This document shows, in pieces, positions 1 to 13,482 of a stretch of 64,000 nt of DNA. Position 1 is the stretch's first letter. Each line of letters starts with the position of its first letter. Origin of the DNA: Eledone cirrhosa (lineage: Eukaryota); contig OZ024743.1 in NCBI GenBank assembly GCA_964016885.1, forward strand, positions 355,074,001 to 355,138,000, in the 5' to 3' direction. A model generated the notes under the pieces. That model did no database searches. It was not told where the DNA came from and worked only from the letters and a program-made list of their open reading frames with translations. The position numbers and the translations under genes are program-made.

Positions 1-294
1 TGTGTATATATATATATATGTATATATTTTTCTTTGACCTCGAGCGGGTGTATGTGGGTGTGGAATGTGTGTGTACTCATTTACATTAACTGTGACTGAC
101 TGTATCCCTACAGATTTGATTGATGTCCAGCGTCTTTTGCAGCGATAGAAATCTGAAAACTTTTATGACCTCAACTGAAGTTAATAGCAGTCGCCGTGTC
201 TATGACTGGTGTGTCTTCATATGAGGGAATGAATTCTGTGAGAGAACATCGTTACTTTTCTCCCTCATATCAAGAATTTGAAGACAATTCATTT

Positions 295-368
295 TCACCT
301 GATGAGATCAGTGATAATCGATCATGGCTTCACAATCAATCTATCTCTCATTGAAACATAAGTCGTGA
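295..368 (+). ncRNA. Type I hammerhead ribozyme motif
   Basis: TCAC-CTGATGA(299-305)-stem II (GAT-C-AGTGATA...TATCTCT-C-ATT)-GAAAC-ATAA-GTC-GTGA; stem I TCAC/GTGA; predicted cleavage after C364. Confidence 0.65.
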
Positions 369-536
369 TTAAATGATTGTTTCCCTTGCCTTCAGATTTT
401 CATTTTGATACTTATACTCCGTTTTACATCATCTAGCTGTTCCCTTGAATGGAATTGGAGATATACAAAATCGTGGAGAACTTAATATTGCTAACATAAA
501 GTTATTGGGCCATTTTACACAACCAATAATGCACCT

Positions 537-538
<2 letters not shown>

Positions 539-578
<40 letters not shown>
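539..578. repeat. (TA)n microsatellite, representative of dozens of (TA)n tracts (e.g. 3203-3337, 4549-4792, 15476-15609, 17676-17765, 22620-22970, 36742-36986, 53768-53881, 60156-60445)
   Basis: Directly visible; these tracts explain the YIYIYI ORFs. Confidence 0.98.
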
Positions 579-580
<2 letters not shown>

Positions 581-2940
581 TGACGATGCCTTTTTTACTG
601 TCTTAAACTGTAACTTAGTTAACCTTAATACTATTAAAAATAATATACTTGATCTATTTAAGCACCATACCCTAAAAATTGAATTTGAAAACAACGTCAA
701 ACTAGCTAACTTTCTGGATATATCCCTTAATCTTGATACCGGCCTATATTACCCTTACCATAAAGACAATGAGAATCTAAATTATATTAATTTTAAATCT
801 AACCACGCCATTAACGTTAAAAATGCTATAGTCAGTAATGTTGAAAAAGGAGTCTCAAATCTATCCTCTAATAAAGTTATCTTCGACTCTAATGCCAATT
901 AATATAATAATGCGCTTTCCAAAGCCGGTTATCCTGACAAAATTAAATACAGTAAAGAAACCAATCATCGAAGGACTTATAGTAAAATAGTTAGTTATGA
1001 ACATTCCAATAACCTAAATAAAAGACCTAGATGCAAAAATATGATTTGATACAACGCTCCTTTTTCTCTATCTATTACTAGTAATATTCCTAAACTATTT
1101 TTTAGGGCCTTAGATAAATGCTTCCCTCCCTCGCATATCTATAGTAAGATCTTTAACAAACATACAATCAAATTCTCTTATCCCACCACTTCCAACATCT
1201 CTAACATTATCTCTAAACATATTAATAAAATATTAAATAATAAATTATATCCATCCAACACTGAGCGTCATAATAATAGCAATAGTAAACCCGACGTCAA
1301 TGTTAACTCTAGGCTAGATTCAGTAAATTTAAATACATCAAACGAAACTTTGTCGAATGTTCATAACACCAATCTAAATCAGGAAAATTTAGCACCTATC
1401 GTAAATAACTTCTCCAATCTAATTCCTTCTATAAATAATACTAGGTCACTTGTTAATAACTCTGGTAATTTCTCTACTCGTAATTGTAATTGCCCTGTTA
1501 GAACTAAATGTCCTCTTAATAACCAATGTCTTGATAAAAATTTGATGTATGAATGTATTTTGGTTCCACTTCCACTTCCTTTAAAGCAAGATTTTATAAT
1601 CACAATTCGTCTTTTAAATACCAACTTAAAAGAAATAACACGGCACTCTCATAACTCATATGGTCCGTAAAAGACAAAAATATTAACTACAACATTTCTT
1701 GGAGGAAGGTTTGCAACGCCTCTCCTTACCGTAATTCTTCCCTATCCAGAACATGTAATCTCTGCCTAGCCGAGAAATTTACCATTATCTCTAATTTTAA
1801 TTCTATAATAAGTAGACGTAGGGATTTATTTTCGCTCTGCTTGCATAAATCCCATAGAACTTTCCATAAAGTGTACAACTAATATCTGACCACTTAATTA
1901 GTTTAAAATCTCTTTTTCTCAAACGCTTTTATATCTTTTACAAATATACCCATCTTTCTACCTTATTTCAGTATATTATATTATACAATTTACTCATTTT
2001 ATGTCTTTAGCGGTCCCCTATTTTTCTTTGTTTTTAGCCTTTTTTCCTTTTTTCTTTTTTAATTTCTAATCTTTAATCTGTAACTTTTACTTCTCATTTA
2101 CTTCTTAACTCACATTATTACTCACTATAGCATTTTCCTTATATTCTTGGCCATACAAACTATATTTTTAATATATACAAATGTTACCACTAGTAAATTT
2201 TGTAAACATATATTTTTTTTTTTACGTTATATATTTTTTCTTCCTTAAATGTTCTTTTTTCTCTCCTTCCGTGATCGTATTAAACCTATTATTTACTTTT
2301 TCATATTACAGTAAATAGAAACAACCTTTAACCCTAACTAATTCCTCTAAGTTCATAATTCATTTAATCTCTTCTTCATTCAACTTATCTCCTTAACATT
2401 TTAATTTTAATAATACATATTAATAAATTCCTTTTCGCACATATTATTAAACCCTTAAATAAATACTATTCTTAATTCCTTTTTCTTTAATCATAAACAT
2501 CACCATTCATAAACCTAATTAACTTTTAATTTCAAATTTTTTTTAATTATCTATTATCTTACAACGGTTTTTTTAATTTCTCTCTGTGAGACAGTGTTTC
2601 TCAGTATTAAAGGCTATCTCTCTCGCTCTCTCTCACTCATTTCTCCTCCTCTCTCATCCTTCATTCTTATACTCCTCCCCCGTCATCCTTTATTTTCTTT
2701 CTTCCTCTTCCTTACCTTTCCCTTGCCTCTTCCTTCTTTTTTTTCCCAATCTCATATATCCATCTTTTTTTATTTTTCATATGTAGATTTAAAACTTCAC
2801 TGCTCGCAAGTGTATTTTAAGCTTCATATCATGTTTCCCTGTTTTATCTGATGAGAACGCAAATATCATCCAATGATGTTATTTGTTTTTGAAATGCGCA
2901 TAATAAAATACATGGAACTCTTTTAACCATCTTTTGATAT

Positions 2941-2942
<2 letters not shown>
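579..2942 (+). mobile_element. 5'-truncated, decayed Penelope-like retroelement (Naiad-like), RT C-terminus + GIY-YIG endonuclease, with 3' pLTR
   Basis: Broken reading ~650-1882: NFLDISLNL, YHKDNENLNYINFKSNH, FRALDKCFPPSHIYSKIFNKHTIKFSY, CNCPVRTKCPLNNQC, GSTSTSFKARFYNH, CNLCLAEKFTI...CLH; stops and frameshifts; (TA)n on both sides; HHR near 3' end. Confidence 0.88.
2842..2908 (+). ncRNA. Type I hammerhead ribozyme in PLE pLTR (family B)
   Basis: TTTTAT-CTGATGA(2848-2854)-stem II-GAAA(2891)-T-GCGC-A-TA-ATAAAA; palindromic loop III; cleavage after A2902. Confidence 0.8.
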
Positions 2943-2985
<43 letters not shown>

Positions 2986-3079
2986 GGAACGATCGACTTT
3001 CGTCAAATCGGACCGAGGGAACTATGTTTCCGTTGGTCTTTCCAATTGCTAATACTATCTATCGGTCGCAACTCCAGGT

Positions 3080-3199
3080 AGAAGGAGCAACGTGAAATAA
3101 AGTGTCTTGCTCAAGGACAGAACGCATCGCCTGGTCCAGGAATCGAACTCACAACCTTACGATTGCGAATCCAATTCTCTAACCACTCAGCCACACGCC

Positions 3200-3203
<4 letters not shown>
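3080..3203 (-). mobile_element. tRNA-derived SINE, CORE-like
   Basis: Reverse strand GGCGTGTGGCTGAGTGGTTAGA (A box)...GAGTTCGATTCC (B box)...TGTCCTTGAGCAAGACACTTT (CORE-like). Confidence 0.75.
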
Positions 3204-3259
<56 letters not shown>

Positions 3260-3302
3260 AACATATATATATATACATATATATATACACATATATATAT
3301 AC

Positions 3303-3334
<32 letters not shown>

Positions 3335-3337
<3 letters not shown>

Positions 3338-4549
3338 ATGAAACAATTGTTTGGAAAGAGAGATATACCTTAACTTTAATTATATCTCATAAAATAATAT
3401 AACTGGTTTTTCCACATTATACATATTGTTAGCACCCCAAACACTTAAATTGGGTTTATATTTTAATATAACCTAATGCTTGTTGAGTGAGATGGTTACC
3501 AGTCAGAGTTTAACTTTAAAGTATCTCTGTTATTGTATTAAATATTTACTCTTGATTGGCCAGAGGTGTTTATTTCCAGGTACCTTATGAATTTGACTTT
3601 CCGTATTTATTACTGTTGTGAAATATTGTGGCTTTTTTTGGTTGTAACTTCTCTGTTTTTTAGCCTAAGAAAATATATATATATGCCTACGTATATAATT
3701 ACATGCATATATGTATTTATTTTCTTTTATTAATTGAGTTCTTTACACGAGGAATTAATATTGGTTTTGAAATAACTAATTAACCCGCGTGTGTTATATA
3801 TTTTACTCTTAATAATTCGGCCGGAGAATTATATTCCCATTTGCCCTTTATAGCATAACTTTCTGCATTTACTGCGGTTATGAGAAGCGGCTCTTATTCG
3901 GGTACAACTTCTGATTTAGCCTAAGAAAATATCTATATGCGTGTGTAATTTATACAAGCATATATTTATTTTTTTTATTTTCAATTGAGTTCTTAAACAC
4001 GTTGGATTGATAATGTTTTCAAAAAAACTAATTAACCCGCGTGTATATTATTTTTTTTCCTCATTTCGTGGATCGTGGGTTGTCTCCCCTTCCCGCTTCG
4101 TGTCGCTATGATACTTCCTCAGTCAAAAACTGCTGGAATTTTAAATTTGGCGGTCATTCGAGGTGGGATAGAGCAACTTTAGGGACACGATTTTTGACAG
4201 CGGTAAGAAATTGTTTTCTTATATCAATGTTTAACGGGCTTCCACTGATGATTTATAAGTGCCCACCTAAATATATTCTTACATGAATATATATTAGGCT
4301 TCTACATAAACTGGAAACATTCTCCCAACTTGTAGAAAACTTATAATGAAACAATTGTTTGGAAAGAGATATATACTTTAACTTTAATTATATCTCATAA
4401 AATAATACAACTGGTTTTTCCACATTATACATATTGTTAGCACCCCAAACACTTAAATTGGGTTTATATTTTAATATAACCTAATGTTTGTTGAGTGAGA
4501 TGGTTACCAGTCAGAGTTTAGCTTTAAACTATCTTTGTTATTGTATTAA
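3335..4549. repeat. Non-coding insert with ~210-bp terminal direct repeats (3335-3542 / 4342-4549) and an internal duplication (3645-3800 / 3905-4050); pLTR-like partial tandem
   Basis: Repeats read directly; bounded by (TA)n. Confidence 0.7.
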
Positions 4550-4550
4550 T

Positions 4551-4668
<118 letters not shown>

Positions 4669-4692
4669 AATATATATACATATATATATATA

Positions 4693-4764
<72 letters not shown>

Positions 4765-4791
4765 AATATATATATACATATATATATATAT

Positions 4792-5100
4792 AGTAATAAT
4801 AATAAATTTGAAGACTAAAATCCAAAGAAGGCTCGATAAGGATGAATATATATCAAATATATAAGAACCGTAGAGCAAATATTTATTAAAATAACAGATT
4901 AGAGTTTAAGCAAAGAATCGCTGCTTTCACCCTTAACGGGATATATATATATATTTTAATAAATATATGCTCTACGTTTCTTATATTTTTTATATATACT
5001 TATCCTGAGCGAGCGCTCTTTGGATTTTAGTCTTCAGAAGATCCCGATAAGGGTGAAAGCAGCGATTCTTTGCTTAAACTTTAATCTGTTATTTTATAAA
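4792..5100. repeat. Short repeat family in permuted inverted arrangement; same family at 45438-45600 and 46760-47132
   Basis: Shared GAAGACTAAAATCCAAAG...GCTTTCACCCTTAACGGGAT in both orientations. Confidence 0.75.
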
Positions 5101-5103
5101 TAA

Positions 5104-5165
<62 letters not shown>

Positions 5166-5264
5166 TTTATAGAAGGAGCTTCTACAGGACTAGTACTGTT
5201 TCGTTCAGATGAAATCTGAGTACCTTACTTACTGTGCTTATCCCCGACTCAACCCGGGACCTAC

Positions 5265-5311
<47 letters not shown>

Positions 5312-5346
5312 TTATATGAATCAAAGTTCTGTTCAAATCATTTATA

Positions 5347-5393
5347 TGCTTACAATCGTTTCCTCCAAACCGAGGTTTGGATCCTTCGGAGCA
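5347..5393 (-). ncRNA. Degenerate or variant hammerhead motif
   Basis: Reverse strand TGCT-CCGAAGG-A-TCCAAAC-CTCG-GTTTGGA-G-GAAAC-GATT-GTA-AGCA; stems pair but core deviates from CUGANGA. Confidence 0.5.
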
Positions 5394-5915
5394 ATTTATT
5401 AATGAGGGATCACATATATGACCTCCTTTTCAAACCCAAGAGACATACAGAAACATATGCATATATTGTTGCTTGGTGGGTCGACATCCATTATAACATT
5501 TAGCGTGGCAGTATACATTTAAAGATTACAGTCATATCAAAAGAGGATAAAATCAAAATTAAAGTTAAAATACAACATGAAATTAATGCGATAGGATAGT
5601 CAGAAGCAGTTAGTGTGTGCAATAGTTACACGTGTGGCAAGCACGTGTGTCTTATTTATATAATATTATAGTGCGGCAGGGTGTTACCTGTAATACAAGC
5701 ACTTCAAGCGGGTAATCAAGAGTATTAAGGAGGTTGTACTGGTAATGTATCTTTTATATGAATGTTATAGAAGCTTGTGTGTAGAGAAATATTATACATA
5801 TAAAAAATATTAGAATATATTACTGCCTATCACTATTTAGGGTTTGAAAAAATATATATAACTACAAAAGGTTTTTGTATATGCATAACCATAAATAGTA
5901 TCCTTAATACTATAT

Positions 5916-5946
<31 letters not shown>

Positions 5947-6200
5947 TAACGGCGATGAATTAGTTTTGCGAGGTTTTTGATATGAAATCTTGTGTCGAAA
6001 CAAATATTGTTATACTTGGGGCGGGTCATATTTGTGTAATAATATTGCCAGAATTAATAACAGAACACACTCACTGTTTGGTTGGTTTTCGCTTCTGTGT
6101 CTTTTATATCGGTTAATTTAATTTATTCGGTCCTCAATGTTACCATTGACTGACCAACGGTCAAAAATACAGATACAATGTAGACACAAACATATATATA

Positions 6201-7430
6201 TAGTCTGAGAAAATTCTTTCGTTGCACATCTGCAACATCGTCAGTGGTGTTATTATGTTTCCTCCCGTTGTATTGTATGCCTACGCCATCTTTATTTAGT
6301 CTGTTTATTTATTTATTTATTTATTTATTTATTTTTTGGTCTTCTCTGCGCATGCGTTTGCGTGTGTGTATAGTGTTTTGTTTGATGTGTGTTCGTGTTT
6401 GGGTGACTGTGTATTGATTATTGTATTCTTTCTTAGTTTACTAGTGTGTGTTTATATGTGTTTGTTGTTATTGTGCTTGTGTATGTATTTATTTATTTAT
6501 TTATTTATTTATACTTCTCGTAGGTCAGTGTTGTTTGTTTGGGTGTTGTTGTTATTCCATTCATTTTTTCTGTTTAGCCTTGGCCTTCTAAGTTCTATTT
6601 CGCTGGCCTCTCTGATTTGCCTATCTGCTGGGTCATTTCTATGTTTAGATATTATTCTAATTTCTATGTTGTCTATGTTACCATCGTGTTGCTGTCTGGC
6701 ATGTTCGTATAGTACTGAATCGTTTTTTCGTCCTTTTAATTCCTCCCAGTGTTGGTCTATCCTTTCATCTATGCTACGAGCTGTCTCGCCTATGTATGTT
6801 GTTGTCATGTTTCTGCAAGTACCCTCTGTACATCTTATGCTATAGACTACGTTTCTAGTTTTACAGTTTATCCGGGGGTTTACTTTACATATAATACATT
6901 TCCTATTAGTACAGAGCGTTTTCTTAAAAGGGTAGGTTTTGCTGATCAGGGATTTTATGGTGGTACCTGGCTTTTCTACCACCTTAATATTTAAGCGGGT
7001 CTTTCTCAGGGCATTTCTACACTAGTTAGCTAATTTCCCTCCAGGGGTAGCGTCCACAAACATGACACTCTGGTATCTCTGGTTGTCGTACCATGATGTG
7101 ACTTTCCCTATCTTATTTCTAGTCATATCTAAGCTATTCCATGATTTGCTCCTGTATAATGGGCAAATTCCTTTCATGTCCAGTTCTATGAGGGTCTTAT
7201 ACTTCTCCGTGTCTCCTTCGTATACTCTGATTCTGTCTCTTTGGTCATAGCCAGAGAACTGCATGCGGTTGATGAAGTGTTGGATGTGTCTTTCCATTTC
7301 TATTGGGTTGCACATGCGGGACACGTTCTTCATCACTCGTACCAAGTCTGCGATCAGAATATTAAAATTAGCACTACTGTACATTGGTGAGTTTTTGAGT
7401 ATCAGGTATTTGGAGGCCATGGGTTTGGCA
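6201..7430 (-). mobile_element. 5'-truncated Penelope-like element (Neptune-like), RT thumb + GIY-YIG; one in-frame stop
   Basis: ORFs 7022-7501 and 6509-6982 are in the same frame split by one TAG: YAKPMASK...FSGY...VMFVDATPGGKLA, C-x4-C-x2-C...CKTRNVVYSIRC...YIGETARSIDERIDQH...RQIREA...LNRKNEW. Confidence 0.9.
6209..6249 (-). ncRNA. Hammerhead motif at 3' end of the Neptune-like PLE (stem I 3' strand missing)
   Basis: Reverse strand CTGACGA-T-GTTGCA-GATG-TGCAAC-GAAA-G-AATT-T-TC, then (TA)n within ~7 nt. Confidence 0.55.
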
Positions 7431-10078
7431 TATATATATGTGTGTGTATGTATGTATCTATATAGTTCACCCCTTCCACCACGAATGATGCCACGGCACA
7501 ACGAAATGGTTGTGGTAGATGTTGTTAACTGCCCATCCTATCATGTTAAAATATACAGGATGTCAGAGGTATTATTATACAGAGAAACATTCACCTATCC
7601 GTTCTGCTTACATCACACATCAAATAGTAAAAATAAGTAAATGAATAAATAAATATAACACCAGCAACAAGAACTTCAACATCACCATCAACATCAACAG
7701 CAATTGTTTTATCAGCACATCAACGAAGACAACAATGATACTAGATATAACAACAGCATACAAAGATGAGAAAAAAAAAATACAAAGTAAAATATGCAAA
7801 AAAAATTCATAAATAGTAGAGAAAAAACACGGTGATTGAAAAGGTGGTGATGGGGTGTGGATTGTGAAAGGAGGGGGAAAAAACAGACAAATAAAGAGAA
7901 GAAAAAAAGGATATATGTTATGTGAAATGAAAGAGAGTAATGAGGTTTGTGTCAGAAAGAAATGGGTTGTAAAAAGGTGAGTTTGTGACAAATGAGACTG
8001 ACATATTTCACAGGTATGTGAATAAATACCCTCCCCTAAAACACACACACAAACATCCCCCCCCCCACACACGTGTGCACACATTCACATGCACATAGAT
8101 ACATACAAACACACACAAACACATATATATACACACATACACACTGGCGTATGTGTCTTCACAATCAAAGATCTAAATATATACTGGAAGCAATAATCTA
8201 TATGAACAGATATTAAAATAAGTATGGGAACACTTCCACACACACAGACATATACACACACATCCACGCACACGCACGCACACACATACACCTTTCTGCG
8301 CGTGTGTGTGTACGGAGAGCTTTATCTATATCAAAACTATTCTCTAGATACACAGATATATTCAAATACCTTCATATATCAACCAATCTATGTATCATAC
8401 ATAAATACATTTTCGTTTGTATCATTTTTATAGGTCATGATGCAGTTAAAAGTCCACTTGCAGAACAACAGAACAGCATATATCATCTCAACCTAACATG
8501 AACACTGACGCAGCTGTTCTGTACTAAAAATTAATTAGTTGAATATCTGGCATCACCATAGCTCTTCATCATAGTTATATAACAGAGGGTTTTTTTCCAA
8601 GCCCCTTTGTAGAATTGGTACACTTCTTGATGTAATTGTGTTATACACAGGAATTCCACATGACATTTCCTCACCTTGTGACTGCATATATATTCATCTC
8701 ATTGACCATTTAAATTTTAACACTTGCTTACTGGTCGATCTCATTTTATCAACGTTTCCATGCTTTAATGCAACGAAGATAACCCATTTTCTTCCACCAG
8801 GCATGTAATCATGGAAAACGTTAAAGTATAGTATTGATTACACGCCTTTTAAGTTTATATTTTTTTCCTCTTGAATTTGAGTTTGTCTTTTGTTAATAGA
8901 ATAATTACCATTTATATACTGGTGTCATACTACTCAGAGATCATTAAAAATGTACGTTTTTATCGAATGTATATTGAAAATATTCAACCTTCGGCTGTAT
9001 GTTATTGGGAAGATATGTACAGAAAAAGATACGTTCCTGGTTGTCTGAACACGTAACCTAGTTTTCATTCCCTGGTAATACAGGTTCATTACACTGACAT
9101 CATTTAGGTAGGTGTTAAATGCAGGAATATCATAACTTCTCATTTCCTTCTCTGTCAAAAAATATTTCAGGAAATGTTGCACTTCAATATTTTTTTTGTT
9201 ATCGTAGTCGAATGGGATAGATGATCGAGTGTCTAACTAGATACCTGGCAGTATTTAGATACACTAATTTAATTTTTAACTGCTTTTAGCATTCGCTGGA
9301 GTTGATCAATTTAATACCTGTAGCAAATTTGAGTAGATTCAGTTGATTATATCTATTACTTATAAATGTAAAAAAGTATAGAAATCAATATATTTATTGT
9401 TGATTTTCGTTGAATGTGTCTGTATAGGAACAAATAAAAGCAGTTTGTGTTTAGTTAACGCCCACACACATTGTGTGTACATGCGTATATGCATTTGCGC
9501 ACGTAGCTGTGACGCTTGTGTGCTGTATATTAGCAAGTAAAATGAGGATAATTGCGTTCAAAAGATGCTTACGATTTTCAGTTAATTCTGAAATGTTGAT
9601 CCACGTACAATCTGTGTATGGAAGCAATTTAGATCAAGGTTCCAATTGAGCTTCCAAACAATAGGCAAAAACAAAAGAAAACAAAAGCAAAACGAAAATA
9701 GAATCTAAAATAAAAGGTTTCTTTTATAGCTTATATTTTTCTGGGAAAATATTCTCTTTTTCAAAATGGAGTGTGAATTTACATAATCATATAATTACAC
9801 AAAATGACTGATTTTTCTAATCAGTAACGTTTCAATTCTCTATTGCAGTGTTTAAGGTATACAATAATCATAATTCTAGTTTTCCGTGATGAAGTAAAAA
9901 GAAAAAAACGCAGAAAAATGTTAGATAGCCTTATTGAATAAATATAACTCATATGCAAACATGTTAGCTATCTAAGTACAAATTTGCAGCCTATATCTTG
10001 GAGTATTTATCTATCTATCTACCTATCTATCTATCTATACATACATACATACATACATACATACATACATACATACAT

Positions 10079-11025
10079 CGTGGCTGCCAACTCGTCTTCG
10101 AGTGCGACCACTACTTTATATCCATGTAGGAGAACCCCTACTGATGTGCGACCACTACTTTATATCCATGTAGGAGAACCCCTAGGATGGCCATTGACAC
10201 TTAAGAGCTGCTTTGCCCTTTGACAGGTTATGTTTTTAGTCCTGCAGGATGTCCAAAGTCACCCTCCTCACCAAGAAACCTTGGTGGGGTTGTCAGTTTA
10301 GTCGCCAACGACCCGACCATGAGACAGGTTGTACTGGGATACATGTTACCAGTAGCACCAACTGGTGATCTAACATACATACATATATACATACATACAT
10401 ACATACATACATACATACATACATACATACATACATACATACATACATACATACATACATACATACATACATACATACGTAAGTACGTACGTACATACAT
10501 ACATTAAACATACATAAATACATTATGGCTGCAACTCGATTTCGAGTAATGCCATCGCTTGAGACTTAAGCATTAGTATCATGGACGTGGGTTTTCCAGT
10601 CATGCTAAGGACTTGCCTATGGCCAGCAAAAAACGTCACATATCAAGTGTGCCTGTGTTGGAGCTTTTTTATGTGGTGAAAGGCTTTACATTGGGCAAAT
10701 CCTACTCTTTGAACATCAAACGCATTTGCCCATTGGATGCAAGGTTTTATATCAGAGTGACCTTCTCCCAGAGAAATGTCTTAATGAAGACTAGGAGTCT
10801 CTCGCTCCACTAAAAAAAAAAAAAACTTTATTGGATGGCCGTTGACTCTCCTGATTTCCTCCGCCCTTCGACAGGTTTTGATTTTTATCCAGCAGGGTGT
10901 CCAAAATCACCCTCCTCACCAAGCAAGATTGGTAGGGGCTGCGGGTTTAGTCGACGACGACCCGACCATGCACAGATTGTGCTGGATTACATGTTTACCA
11001 GTAGCGCTGAAGAGCGATCTGACCT
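10079..11025 (-). mobile_element. Two related non-coding retroposon copies (10079-10372, 10525-11025) in (ATAC)n; possibly RTE-LINE related
   Basis: Shared GGCTGC..AACTCG..TTCGAGT end and TCCAAA.TCACCCTCCTCACCAAG...CGACCCGACCATG...TACCAGTAGC; strand and family are inference. Confidence 0.5.
10373..10520. repeat. (ATAC)n microsatellite (also 10018-10078, 11027-11210)
   Basis: Directly visible. Confidence 0.97.
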
Positions 11026-12141
11026 ATATACATATATGCTTATATACATATATACGTACATACATACATACGTACATACATACATACGTACGTACATACA
11101 TACATTATACATACATAAGTACATACATATATACATATATACATACGTACGGACATACATACGTACTTACACACATACATTATACATACATAAACACATA
11201 CATACATACAAATATATTTTCCTTTTTACAAATCAATATTACTTCTCTATTATAACATATTGTTGTGAGAACGTGAATATTTCAGCATGAAGAAGTATAT
11301 AGATATATTATTTTTTCCACACAAGGAAGGTAGTCAGGGGACATAAATCTGTAGTGGCCTCATGAAAATCTCTGAATATAACACTTAAGCAACATATCTC
11401 ACAGTGAAAATAGTTCAGCCATTACTCACCTATTTCTACACACGTCTACCAAATATATGACTTGTGCTTATATTAGAATGTAGTTATAGCTGCTGCATCT
11501 GTTCAATTGTTAGTTTGCTAGTCCGCTTGTACCCAACCAAATATTAGATAGAAACTAGAAGTATGAATGAAAAATATGTCAAGCATTTATCTATAAATAA
11601 ATAAATAAAAATACTCTTTAACAAAAACTGATGTCAAATGTCTGACTCTTTTATCAAAAGAGTTCAACAATTGGAGATCTATAAACTACAAAAAAACTAT
11701 TGTAATCCCTTGTCATCTCACCACATGACAATCAACTGATGTAAGTTCAGACAGTTGAGAGTATTATCCTGTTTTTTGATTGATCCGATATCATATTGCA
11801 CCGAATCAATAAAAGATCAGGAAATATTATCATATAAATGTGGATATGCACTCTTAGAAGATTTGTTATTTATTGCAATATTGCAATAATCATTTCAATC
11901 ACGATTTTCAAACAACTAGTACGAATGCTGAATATTATACAATGATACTCACGTAATCATTCATGCTCGAATTCTTTTAAATACGCATCTATTGTGTGTA
12001 CTTGGTATAGGAGTTTATATAAGTAGTAGAAGTCATTTATTTGAAAGACATAAACAAAAAAATCAAACCTTGATTTACTCAATATATACTCAGAATTCCT
12101 AGCTTTGTTCGATAGTTCGAGGGGAGGAAAATGTACGCGCG

Positions 12142-12143
<2 letters not shown>

Positions 12144-12182
<39 letters not shown>

Positions 12183-12302
12183 ACACACACACACACACAC
12201 AGACACAAACACACACACACACACACACACGCGCACACAGAGACACAAACACACACACACACACACACACAAACACACATACTCAGACACATACTCACAC
12301 AC
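12144..12302. repeat. (CA)n microsatellite
   Basis: Directly visible. Confidence 0.97.
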
Positions 12303-12739
12303 ATAAAAACAGATGTATACTATAGGTGTATTAGGATGACATTTTCGGACAGATTCTTTTGATATGGCTCACATCTTTGGTGTGAAATCCACATAGGCGG
12401 TATTGGTGCCCATACCTAGTTGTTTAACATACTACCCCATCTCTATACCTTTTTCGCGTCAGACATTTTGATTTTAGTTCCTGTACCTAAATTTCAAAAG
12501 CTAGCCCTTCGAAATGAAAGCTAATATAACGGTTGCTGGTCCAAGATAGAATACTCAGGTTATCTATGTTAGTATCACTCGGATATCTTCTGTTAACTTA
12601 TCTATGAATGACCTGTTGATAAATGGAACTTTTTTCGTCTGATATTCTTTTGTAGTAGAGCTATGTAAGATTGCTGGGTGTGTGTCTCAGGTCATCATTC
12701 AGAGAATTTTTAATTCTCATTTTCAGAGTAAATAAGTCA

Positions 12740-12940
12740 ACATTATGTAGAATTACTTACCTTTTTTTAAAAAGATATTAGGGTGTAAATTCGGGGGCGG
12801 GGGGCTTTGGCAACCATTTCTAACCTATAGAGATTCCTGTAATAGACAAGAGTGCTTTAGTGGAGGCCCGCAACAAGTGGGATTCTTATTTCTGGGTATA
12901 CTAGATTCCACATTCAGGATGGTTTGAAAGAAATACAGTC
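12740..12940 (-). mobile_element. Highly decayed PLE GIY-YIG C-terminal fragment
   Basis: Reverse reading NHPECG...LLQESL..., weak resemblance to the PLE endonuclease tail. Confidence 0.3.
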
Positions 12941-13393
12941 TCGTTTCCCACATGGGTGAGTAGTTAGAAAATTGCAATCGTGGGGATGCGGGTTCGATTC
13001 CCGGAGTTAGTGATGCGCTATGTCTGCTCTTTCTGTCAGGAGTTTCAACTGGTAAATGGTATCACCAATGAAAAAAACCAATGGAAACATTGTTTCATCG
13101 GTTCGATTTTCCGAGTTCCGTTCTACTCGATAAGCAAATGAGGTCGGATCTTGTCGATCGATTTATTTTCTCCTTCCCTTTGCTCCAGATCAGACCTGAT
13201 TCAATAGATCTGTGATAAAGGATATACCAATCACGATCCTTTTTTATACCCAGGACTGCATTATAAAATTCTGATTCTTTTTTGCTGTGTAATGGTGAAA
13301 TTTGATTGTCAGCGCCGCGATGTGACTGACCCTTCTTTGACCACTTCATGAGGGTGATTCTGCGAAAGAGAGGAGAAAGAGAGGGGGAGAGAG

Positions 13394-13397
<4 letters not shown>

Positions 13398-13477
<80 letters not shown>
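13398..13477. repeat. (GA)n microsatellite (longer GA-rich tract at 40390-41060)
   Basis: Directly visible. Confidence 0.97.

Positions 13478-13482
<5 letters not shown>

Noticed and set aside
1047-1049. In-frame TGA in the Naiad-like PLE as possible selenocysteine
   Set aside because: It aligns to the conserved Trp of WYNPP (Trp in the 49.6-kb copy), not a Cys; simple TGG-to-TGA decay
5034-5075. CAGAAGA-TCCC...GGGT-GAAA as a hammerhead (also ~45560-45597 and ~46845-46882 on minus)
   Set aside because: Core mismatch and no convincing stem I or III
11430-11498. Minus-strand exon-like segment (AG...GTGAGT)
   Set aside because: Stops in all three frames; no supporting neighbouring exons
13095-13360. 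Possible minus-strand exon after a (CT)n tract and TTTCGCAG acceptor
   Set aside because: Pyrimidine tract is a microsatellite; translation unrecognised; needs RNA-seq
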